Below, piece by piece: positions 1 to 7,553 of a DNA stretch of 14,574 bases. The notes under the pieces were generated by a model. The model was not told the origin of the DNA. It worked only from the letters and a program-made list of their open reading frames with translations, and did no database searches. The stretch comes from Candidatus Micrarchaeaceae archaeon (GTDB lineage: Archaea > Micrarchaeota > Micrarchaeia > Micrarchaeales > CABMGC01). A program made the position numbers and the translations under genes. The stretch lies in assembly GCA_038878295.1 (NCBI GenBank), contig JAVZVY010000009.1, positions 14,133-28,706 on the forward strand. Reading direction: 5' to 3'. Positions within the stretch are counted from its first letter, which is position 1. Each line of letters begins with the position of its first letter.

Positions 1-26
1 ATCCAATGCACGAACTCGTAAGCCAT
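1..26 (-). CDS. 5' end of a divergent gene (MAYEFVHW...), truncated by the window edge; product unknown
   Basis: Minus-strand ATG at 26-24, preceded by an archaeal SD-like GGTGA (35-31) 4 nt upstream. The frame is open to the window edge. Confidence 0.55.
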
Positions 27-53
27 AGCATCACCACAGATAGATTTTACCTG

Positions 54-68
54 AGAAAGTTTTTATAT
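54..68 (+). promoter_or_regulatory. Archaeal BRE/TATA promoter of the 1718-aa gene (probably leaderless)
   Basis: Purine-rich AGAAAG followed by TTTTATAT (61-68), about 28 nt upstream of ATG 96. Confidence 0.5.
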
Positions 69-95
69 CTGATTGTGGTATTTTAACATGGTAGA

Positions 96-3000
96 ATGCC
101 TGCTAGGAATTCTGTTTTGCAGTTTGCGCTCCCTGTCTTGATTGCACTGCTTATTCTTGCATACGCAAATCTTAATCAGGCAGGCACTGCATTGACACAT
201 CAAAGCGACATTGCACATAATCTAAACATATCCCCCCTTGCAATTGCACATGGCAGCGGTGGCGGTGGAGGTGGTGGAGGTGCGTCCAGCTATTGCGTGA
301 GCAGTGGATATGACTCTGAGACTTGCTATATATTGGATAACTTTTATACATCTTATTCGCAGCCGTCTATAAGCAGCAGCACCGAGCAATTTAGCAACTT
401 AGACACGTCTCCGACAGCAGAAGTTAACGCTTACAACCAAAACAATGGGACATGGTTTCTAACATGCCCAGCAAAGCCTGAACAGAATCCAACAGACCAA
501 GAATATTTCTACACAGGCTCTGTGCCATACGTTGCTGGCGCTGCATGCTTTCTGACGCCTTCCGAAACAAGCTTATACACGCAGACGACGCTGCCTACGC
601 AGATAACATGGAGCGAATACAGCCTTGCAAGCGCTAGCGTAGAGCCAATGCAGGTGCAGAATGGCGCAGAGGCACCAAATATAAACCTGCTTGCATACTC
701 GCCAATGGTAAACGGCGAGATTTCAAGCAATTTCCAGACCAATTCATATTTATTCCAGCAGATCCCGGCTTACGCGCAGAATGCCATATGGACATGGCAT
801 GCTGACTTTGCTGATTTCTCCAACATGCAGGTACCAGCATCATCATCATGGAGCAGCACACTGTCTTACACATACATAAACGGCGCAAACGTCTGCACAT
901 ACAGCTATAATTACAGCGAAAACACGCTGCTCACAAGCGCGTCCAACTATTACATACCATTCAACGAGGTGCTGCCGAACGGTCAGTACAATACGTTCGA
1001 TGCGAATGCTGTGCCTTACCTGCTTTATAATTTTTCAATGCCCTCGATAAACCCTGGCTTAACAAGGAGTGCACCTATGCTTAACCTTTCCTACGACACC
1101 CTTGGCCCGTGGAACTACTATACGCCTCAAAATTCTATAGACATGTTCCCTATAGATGTGGGAAGCAGGCTCTTTGTTAACTACAATGGCGTGCTGCAGT
1201 CCACGTCTCAGACGTGCCTGATAAGCCTGGGCGTTGGCAATGGTGGAAGTATCAACATATGTCCGCCGCTTGGCAGCATGAATAATGGGAATATCAACAA
1301 TTTCATAAGTATACCTGGATGGAAGAGCGCGCAGATAAGCGGTCCCTTGGCCGTCGCTGCATTGCCCAACGATTATATTTATGTGCTTAATTATTCTAGC
1401 TCAGCCGATGAGTATTACATAAACGTGCTCAGGCTTGTTCCACACGGCTATTACAATACATCGAGCTACCAGCCGAGCAGCATCGGCAGCACCACGAGCA
1501 GCAGCGCATGGGTAAGCGAATGGGACAATTACTGGAGCAACATAATAGACATGCAGAATCAGAGCGTGTATCTGGTACAGTCGATAGGGCTCAATGATAT
1601 AGCCAATCAAGTGGAAAGTGCTAACGGCGGTATCTACAGCGGCTATGCGCCAATTGGGATAGCAGTCGACTACAATGGCGACGTATTCATTACAGGTTCA
1701 ACGCTGAATACAAGCGCAGGTGCAACCGAAACGGTGCTTGCCGAAGTGACAAACACAACCACAGGCCCGATACACACGAACGCAACTGTCATCAATCCAA
1801 AATTGCCTGTCGAATCTGAAATAGCGGTCTCGCCTACTGGAGGCATTGTCTTTTTGGCCAACAAGACGAGCGGCTATATACAGACCTTCAGCGGAACCAA
1901 CTTCACTCAAATAGGTTCTATAGACCTGTCTTACAACAAGTACATAGGAGGCGAGAGGGTAGCCGAACTAAACATATCGAGCTACCTTGCTAATGGTGGC
2001 TTATACAACCAGTCCATGTCTTGGATACCACAAATTTTCAATAGTTGGAATTTGAACCCAAACTTCGAAACAGATAGCGTAGTATATCATCATCCACTTG
2101 CAATCCAGGACATAAATGGCTACCTATACGTGCTTGACCAGTGGACCGGCGGCCTCGGCGTTGTCGGACCAACGGCTCCTAGTTTTTTTTCATTAAATTA
2201 CTATGACAAAGGAGTATTTTTCAACATACTGATGCTCAGGGTCATGAATGACACTGGCTATGATGTGCCAATAAACCCGACAAACTTCAACGATATGGTG
2301 CAGCAGGTAAGCTGCACAACTCCAGCCAGTATACAGAATGCCTGCATCATAAGCCAGGCTGGGGCAAACAGCGCATGCAGTGCGATAAACCAGGAGTGCA
2401 CGGCGCAGCCTGTTTCAAGTTGCGTGACTGCACCAACTGCTGGGAGCAGCTTCATCTGCACAGGCACGTATACTGTATCGACTAAACCTCCGATTAGGTA
2501 TCAGTGCGCACCACAGACACCTACAGCTATTGAGGCCTGCAACAGTGGCTATACCCTCGCGCAGGCAAACGCGCAGTGCCAGAAGATAGCACCGACGTGC
2601 TCTGCGCAAACACAAAACATATGTTACACTCCAGGCAGCACCTATGAATGCGTCGGCCCTTCAAAGACTGCCAAGACTTTTTACGCAACTTCCGCATTAA
2701 ACCTAAGCGGTGAGTACCCGCCTTATGGCTGGGTTCTTTCGGCAAATGTCACTGCCGCAGAGTTCTCATGCAGCAAACTCAACATTTTTGGCAGCGATTT
2801 CTGTGGCTCATCAGCGAGATATCTTGCAGACAGCCCATATTCAGAAACATTTTCCATAGAGAATCAGCCAAGCAATTATTATGGCGGTTTTCCTCCTATT
2901 GGGCCGCCGCTTACCTTTGCCAATAGGACAAACGAAGATTATTACAATCTGGCAAATGTCACTATACAATGGGGATATCAGCCTAGCGGCCACTTGAGGT

Positions 3001-5252
3001 TCGACTACAGCTACCTGCTGAGTGGCATTGGATTCTCAGCAAACTACAACAGCACAATATACACTCTCATTCCAAGCACATCTGCATATTCACAGAATTC
3101 GCTTAGAAAAAACGGCGGCTCAGATTCTGGCTTATATCCTTTCCTCGTTACAACGAAACTGCCTGTTGAAAACTATACAAAGCTCTTTGGTGGCTTCTCG
3201 CCTTTCTCGTGCTATTTGGTCAATGGCTACGGCAACAGATGCAAGGCGATGCCAGCCCTGCAATACATGAGCAGACCAATATTTTCTGTCACCGACCCAT
3301 TCAAGTACCTTGAGAGCATAGGCTCGCCTAGCTGGATTCTGACATTCAGCGGCTTGCTTTATTCGTCGCCCACTTCTACCGGCGGCATAAGCGCCTCTGG
3401 AGAATGCTCTGCAACTAAAATAACAAGCTGCAGCCAGTGCAGCAGCAGCACAAATAATTGCGCAATATGTCAGGTCTGCAACCTAGAGGAAAACGCGTAC
3501 AACTCGCTGAACCCGAATATCATCTTCAGTGGGCCGACGCCGTTTATAAACCCACAGTCAAGCCTTACGAGCAAAATCTCTGGCTACCTTGTTGTGCCAT
3601 ATACGTACAATGTCATAGAGACCCAAAGCTGGACAAACTTCCAGCAGACTAGCGGCCCAGGTGCGCCAAACTGCACAACCCCGCCAGACCAGCAGTCATC
3701 CACAGATACAACTTATTACAGTTCAGCAATAGGCCAATCCTCGCAATCCAACCTGCTGACAGCGCCGCTTGAAGGCGGCTACAGCTATGCCCAATACAAT
3801 GGCGGCCCAAGCTATTACATACCGAACCTTTCTGACATTGGCTTAATTATACCTCCACAGGTCGCCTTCAATATAGAGAATAACAGGATATTTGGCAGCG
3901 TGTATGTAAATATGAGTTCGCCGGCATTCAGCAATATACAGTATGTGACCAACGCTACTCATGTCTTCAACTATTCAGTGACTAGCAATATATTTACTAT
4001 GCCTAATGGCGCAAAGTTCGGCTATGATTATATATCTACTATGCTGCCAAACCAGATATACGGCGCTAACGCATACACAGCAGATACCCATGGCAGTACG
4101 TTTGTCACAGACCACAGCGCCCTGTACAACGGCTCTCAGATTATGCCTTTCATACTTTCTTACACGCTGCAGCAGAACATAATGCCGACTTTTGTAAGCC
4201 TCTTCGACTGGTATAAGGCAATAGCATACACAAACCCACTTATACTCAACATTAATGCCTCTACAGTTAATACTTATAATTATCAGGCTGGTCCAGAAAG
4301 CGCACTTGGCTACAACAGGCTCATATATGTCTTCAACGACAGGTTCAATAACACCTTCTACATGCCCATCGATGCTGACATAGCTAACATAACCACTTTG
4401 GATATGAGCGCTACGCCGAATGTGAGCATAACTAATGCGAATTCGACAATGATAACCATTACTGGGCGCGCCTATTATAATTTGCTTTACGGCCTCAAAA
4501 CTGTGCCTCTGCAAAATGCGCCGATTTATCTCTACTATGGGAAGGACATAAACTACAATAAGACACTTAGTGCGAACGAAATCTCCCTCTGCGCATATTC
4601 ACCTAATTCAATAGGCACAAGCAACTGCACGCTTGCTAATCCTATGTGGAAGGGTCTTACAAACAACGCGGACACAATTACGTATGCGCCAGCATACAAT
4701 TCCAGTGGAGAATGTCCGATGCCACCGAAGAGCCTGATAGCCCCGGTTAACTCAGTTTACACCATGTGCAATATATATGGCGTAGATAATATACAGCAGT
4801 CTTGCCCGAACAGCGCGCTTGGCAACACCCAATACTGCATACCGCTGTATTCGAATGGCACAGGCATTTGCACGCCGCAACTTGGGCTCATGGGCATAGC
4901 TACTACAAACAGCCTCGGCTACTTCACGTTCAACACAGTTGCATGCGGCATAGAGCAGGGTGTGCCAATAATAGCAAAATTCTATGGCGAGCCTATTGAG
5001 CCTATAACAGTGACTCAGCCTGGCCTTGCACTTTCGGCAAACACGCTCACAATTGCGTCGCAGTCATTACCTAGAGAGTTTACGTTTACAGCAATAAATT
5101 ATACATGGTCGCCGAATGAGACAGCAACAAGCGTAGATATAGGCCTTGCTGAGCTGAGCTTCGGCAACCTTGATGCGCTTATCGGCATTGCGCTTGTTGC
5201 AGGGCTGCTTGCAGTGGCTGCTATTGCTAGGAAAATAAGGCAAAAACGCTGA
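96..5252 (+). CDS. Giant (1718 aa) secreted, C-terminally membrane-anchored, Cys-rich surface glycoprotein with NHL/YVTN-like beta-propeller blades and an Ig/prealbumin-like C-terminal domain
   Basis: N-terminal hydrophobic signal/anchor (FALPVLIALLILAYA) and a poly-Gly linker. Propeller-like motifs GPLAVAALPNDYIYVLN, PIGIAVDYNGDVFITG, IAVSPTGGIVFLAN and PLAIQDINGYLYVLD. S/T/N/Y-rich with many N-x-S/T sequons. C-terminal TM helix followed by RKIRQKR. Confidence 0.85.
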   Translation: MPARNSVLQFALPVLIALLILAYANLNQAGTALTHQSDIAHNLNISPLAIAHGSGGGGGGGGASSYCVSSGYDSETCYILDNFYTSYSQPSISSSTEQFSNLDTSPTAEVNAYNQNNGTWFLTCPAKPEQNPTDQEYFYTGSVPYVAGAACFLTPSETSLYTQTTLPTQITWSEYSLASASVEPMQVQNGAEAPNINLLAYSPMVNGEISSNFQTNSYLFQQIPAYAQNAIWTWHADFADFSNMQVPASSSWSSTLSYTYINGANVCTYSYNYSENTLLTSASNYYIPFNEVLPNGQYNTFDANAVPYLLYNFSMPSINPGLTRSAPMLNLSYDTLGPWNYYTPQNSIDMFPIDVGSRLFVNYNGVLQSTSQTCLISLGVGNGGSINICPPLGSMNNGNINNFISIPGWKSAQISGPLAVAALPNDYIYVLNYSSSADEYYINVLRLVPHGYYNTSSYQPSSIGSTTSSSAWVSEWDNYWSNIIDMQNQSVYLVQSIGLNDIANQVESANGGIYSGYAPIGIAVDYNGDVFITGSTLNTSAGATETVLAEVTNTTTGPIHTNATVINPKLPVESEIAVSPTGGIVFLANKTSGYIQTFSGTNFTQIGSIDLSYNKYIGGERVAELNISSYLANGGLYNQSMSWIPQIFNSWNLNPNFETDSVVYHHPLAIQDINGYLYVLDQWTGGLGVVGPTAPSFFSLNYYDKGVFFNILMLRVMNDTGYDVPINPTNFNDMVQQVSCTTPASIQNACIISQAGANSACSAINQECTAQPVSSCVTAPTAGSSFICTGTYTVSTKPPIRYQCAPQTPTAIEACNSGYTLAQANAQCQKIAPTCSAQTQNICYTPGSTYECVGPSKTAKTFYATSALNLSGEYPPYGWVLSANVTAAEFSCSKLNIFGSDFCGSSARYLADSPYSETFSIENQPSNYYGGFPPIGPPLTFANRTNEDYYNLANVTIQWGYQPSGHLRFDYSYLLSGIGFSANYNSTIYTLIPSTSAYSQNSLRKNGGSDSGLYPFLVTTKLPVENYTKLFGGFSPFSCYLVNGYGNRCKAMPALQYMSRPIFSVTDPFKYLESIGSPSWILTFSGLLYSSPTSTGGISASGECSATKITSCSQCSSSTNNCAICQVCNLEENAYNSLNPNIIFSGPTPFINPQSSLTSKISGYLVVPYTYNVIETQSWTNFQQTSGPGAPNCTTPPDQQSSTDTTYYSSAIGQSSQSNLLTAPLEGGYSYAQYNGGPSYYIPNLSDIGLIIPPQVAFNIENNRIFGSVYVNMSSPAFSNIQYVTNATHVFNYSVTSNIFTMPNGAKFGYDYISTMLPNQIYGANAYTADTHGSTFVTDHSALYNGSQIMPFILSYTLQQNIMPTFVSLFDWYKAIAYTNPLILNINASTVNTYNYQAGPESALGYNRLIYVFNDRFNNTFYMPIDADIANITTLDMSATPNVSITNANSTMITITGRAYYNLLYGLKTVPLQNAPIYLYYGKDINYNKTLSANEISLCAYSPNSIGTSNCTLANPMWKGLTNNADTITYAPAYNSSGECPMPPKSLIAPVNSVYTMCNIYGVDNIQQSCPNSALGNTQYCIPLYSNGTGICTPQLGLMGIATTNSLGYFTFNTVACGIEQGVPIIAKFYGEPIEPITVTQPGLALSANTLTIASQSLPREFTFTAINYTWSPNETATSVDIGLAELSFGNLDALIGIALVAGLLAVAAIARKIRQKR
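258..281 (+). repeat. Poly-glycine (GGN)n low-complexity linker in the giant protein
   Basis: ggt ggc ggt gga ggt ggt gga ggt, in frame. Confidence 0.8.
2313..2657 (+). repeat. Two tandem copies of a six-cysteine protein module within the giant protein
   Basis: ANSAC-SAINQE-C-TAQPVSS-C...GSSFICTG aligns with ANAQC-QKIAPT-C-SAQTQNI-C...GSTYECVG. Each copy has 6 Cys. Confidence 0.75.
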
Positions 5253-5264
5253 TTTTTAGATAGC

Positions 5265-5272
5265 TTTTTATA
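5265..5272 (+). promoter_or_regulatory. TATA box for the 584-aa gene (probably leaderless)
   Basis: TTTTTATA about 25 nt upstream of ATG 5297, with no SD motif before the start. Confidence 0.5.
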
Positions 5273-5296
5273 TTAGGAAATGCGTAATTATAATAG

Positions 5297-7051
5297 ATGG
5301 CCATGCTGGCATTAGGCTTGGTGTTGCTGTCTGTTGGAGCAATAAATATGCTCATACCAATAATCATAATAATAATCCTCATAGGCGCAGCCGGAGCCTC
5401 AATGCGCGGAATGAGCATCTTCGATTTTTTTGGGGTTTCCGTGCTTTTCGGCATAGGCACTCACGGCAAGGGAACGCTGGCGAAAAAGAACGTTTACAAG
5501 ATGGGTTATGGTGGCGGAAAGGGTTACGGATTTGGCAAGTTTAAGGCAGCATCCGCAAAGACGGCCAAAGTAACCAAAAAGAAATTAAAGACTAAGCTGC
5601 AGAATAGAAAGCAAAAAAAGCAAATCATAGCTGAGGCTAAGTCCATGGGCATGTTTCCAGTTATGCCGCCACAATCTGGGCTTAACCCGCCTCGAGGGGC
5701 GTCAAGCCCTTTGTATAAGACGAAGCAGCCGACCTTGGGCGCCCAGTCCAATACCACGCAGATTAAACCAAATACTTCTAACACAGTCAGGATGGCCATC
5801 AAAGGAGGCGCAAAGGTGGCCAGAATCAAGCTTAATCCAAAGTTAAATCCGACAAATCCGGTAAAAAGAGTTCTTGGCGCAGCTGTTGAGGGGATTAGCG
5901 CAGCGTCCTTGGCTTCAAGAACTTCATACATGAGGAATTACAGGGAGAAGAAAAGCGTGGCAGAGCGCTACGAAGGAGAAATTGACAGGCTCAAGATGGA
6001 GATAGCGCATAAAAGTTATTCTGGAGAAAGCACCAAAAATGAGGAGAAAGAGTTAGGAAACGCGATAAAAAGGAGCAACGCATTAAAAGGGGATCTAGAG
6101 AGCAATAAAAAAAGGTACGAACACGCTGCCACCTATGTAAGAAATAAAAAACTGCTCAACAAAGGCGTGGCTTCTCTCACAGGAGTAGGCGTAGGGCTTG
6201 ATACAGCAATTAAAACCATGAAGATAAATTGGAATGGTGCAAATGCATACCCTTCAGCCAAGTATCAAGCAATAGACTTGGAAAGGGCAAAAGTTGCGAG
6301 AAAGATTTCAGGCGCAAGGAGAGTCGCAAATATAGACACTGTAGATGACTTAACAAAAAGTGTAACTCTTACGCTAAATGATATCACTGACGCTGCAACA
6401 AAAAACAATATTATGGGCACGGCTGGATTGAAAATTGGTGAGCGCGAGTTGAACGCCATAGATGGTGACAAGCAGCTATATGCGAGCAAGTCGATCACCG
6501 GTGAGGTTCTAGGAGAAAGAACTGGGCAGCGCCTGCGTGATTATATACAAGAGCATAGGAACGCTATGCAGCAAATAAAGACTGTAAACCCGCAACTTTA
6601 CGATGCGATGCACAGAAAATGGGAAAATGAATTGAAACGCGCAGAGAAGTTTGTGAACGAACTCGGGCCTAGCCTGGAATCCGCACAGCTTGAAACCATA
6701 AGAAATATACAAGCGAGGCTTAGCGACATTAACAAAGCTGCCGGAGGCAATGTTGGCGCAAATGAACTAAACAAGCTAGCCACTTACAGGAGGTTGTACG
6801 AGTCTGGGCTCATTAATGAAGTTGATTTTGTCGCATATAGCAACCTTATTATAAGAGACCTGGTCGAAGCGTACAAGAACGAAGTGGCTAGAATAAGCTC
6901 TACAAATCCGAGCTTATACCTACGCCAAAGCAGAGAATGGGAAAAGGCCCTGAAGAAAGCGGAAAAACCACGGTCGACTTCAGTAGAGGGGTATTTCCTT
7001 AAGCTTACCAGGATGCACAAGTATTATGGTAAACAGCCGCGTCCGAAGTAG
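5297..7051 (+). CDS. Hypothetical N-terminally membrane-anchored, Lys/Arg-rich, largely helical/coiled-coil protein (584 aa)
   Basis: About 55 hydrophobic N-terminal residues (LIPIIIIIILIGAAG...IFDFFGVSVLFG), then a very basic stretch (KKKLKTKLQNRKQKKQ), a Pro-rich linker and charged helical segments. No recognisable catalytic motif. Confidence 0.8.
   Translation: MAMLALGLVLLSVGAINMLIPIIIIIILIGAAGASMRGMSIFDFFGVSVLFGIGTHGKGTLAKKNVYKMGYGGGKGYGFGKFKAASAKTAKVTKKKLKTKLQNRKQKKQIIAEAKSMGMFPVMPPQSGLNPPRGASSPLYKTKQPTLGAQSNTTQIKPNTSNTVRMAIKGGAKVARIKLNPKLNPTNPVKRVLGAAVEGISAASLASRTSYMRNYREKKSVAERYEGEIDRLKMEIAHKSYSGESTKNEEKELGNAIKRSNALKGDLESNKKRYEHAATYVRNKKLLNKGVASLTGVGVGLDTAIKTMKINWNGANAYPSAKYQAIDLERAKVARKISGARRVANIDTVDDLTKSVTLTLNDITDAATKNNIMGTAGLKIGERELNAIDGDKQLYASKSITGEVLGERTGQRLRDYIQEHRNAMQQIKTVNPQLYDAMHRKWENELKRAEKFVNELGPSLESAQLETIRNIQARLSDINKAAGGNVGANELNKLATYRRLYESGLINEVDFVAYSNLIIRDLVEAYKNEVARISSTNPSLYLRQSREWEKALKKAEKPRSTSVEGYFLKLTRMHKYYGKQPRPK
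6533..6967 (+). repeat. Two copies of a 39-aa internal protein repeat (6533-6649 and 6851-6967)
   Basis: LRDYIQEHRNAMQQIKTVNPQLYDAMHRKWENELKRAEK vs IRDLVEAYKNEVARISSTNPSLYLRQSREWEKALKKAEK: 16/39 identical, no gaps. Confidence 0.8.
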
Positions 7052-7273
7052 AACTATCAGATTAACCTTTTGAAGAAACGCTAATTTTCGTAGAGATTAT
7101 TTTACGTTGAAGCGAATACAAAAAAAAGATTTTTCACATTTTAAATTTTTGAAGCCATTCGCCGCGATGCAAACTTCTTCACTTTTGAACAGCTCTCTGT
7201 CGAATATTCATTTTAATCTATTTAACATCTCGCCAAAGCGGATAAAATAAAAGAAACAATTTAAATTGGTTCT

Positions 7274-7393
7274 TCATTCTTCGTCTGTGTCGTCGCCTTC
7301 TACGTCTTCGTCTTCATTGTCGAATTCGTCGGTTTCGTCCTCGTCGAAGTCTTCTTCGTCTTCGTCATCTTCGTCGTCCGCTACACTCGTCAT
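7274..7393 (-). CDS. Small hyper-acidic protein, 39 aa (MTSVADDEDDEDEEDFDEDETDEFDNEDEDVEGDDTDEE); not in the ORF track
   Basis: ATG at 7393 preceded by AAGGTGTTAAA (SD-like). Long in-frame run of GAC/GAA codons, TGA at 7276-7274. More GC-rich than its AT-rich flanks. 27/39 residues are D/E. Confidence 0.75.
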   Translation of the reverse strand: MTSVADDEDDEDEEDFDEDETDEFDNEDEDVEGDDTDEE

Positions 7394-7431
7394 TTTAACA
7401 CCTTGTCGGCTTAAATCTCATTTTATTTAAT

Positions 7432-7448
7432 CAGAAAATTATTTAAAG
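7432..7448. promoter_or_regulatory. BRE/TATA promoter of tRNA-Ala, possibly bidirectional and also serving the acidic ORF
   Basis: CAGAAAA followed by TTATTTAAAG about 25 nt before the tRNA 5' end. The reverse strand reads TTTAAATA. Confidence 0.55.
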
Positions 7449-7470
7449 ATATGCACACAAGGGTTATAGA

Positions 7471-7542
7471 GGGCTTGTAGCTCAGTGGCAGAGCGTCCGC
7501 TTTGCAAGCGGGAGGTCGCGAGTTCGAATCTCGCCAAGTCCA
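7471..7542 (+). tRNA. tRNA-Ala(TGC), intronless, CCA not encoded
   Basis: Cloverleaf: acceptor GGGCTTG/CAAGTCC with the G3:U70 Ala determinant; D arm GCTC/GAGC; anticodon arm TCCGC-TTTGCAA-GCGGG; T arm GCGAG-TTCGAAT-CTCGC; discriminator A. Confidence 0.97.
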
Positions 7543-7553
7543 ATGGTGTTAAA

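Noticed and set aside
3405..3479. Ferredoxin or multiheme cytochrome motif
   Set aside because: No CxxCH and no CxxCxxCxxxCP, and the context is extracellular.
509..7020. Many short alternative-frame and antisense ORFs inside the two long genes
   Set aside because: Nested in long, compositionally coherent ORFs, with no independent signals or motifs.
7052..7273. Possible small gene or pseudogene in the convergent gap
   Set aside because: Only very short frames were found. The A/T tracts are consistent with termination regions, but exact sites cannot be assigned.
7274..7380. TCGTCT/TTCGTC-like repeats suggesting a microsatellite or CRISPR
   Set aside because: Explained by GAC/GAA codons of the acidic ORF; there is no repeat-spacer periodicity.
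7485..7553. N-terminal 23 aa of the 557-aa ORF-track call
   Set aside because: It lies within tRNA-Ala. TTG 7554 has an SD-like motif and yields a proper signal peptide.
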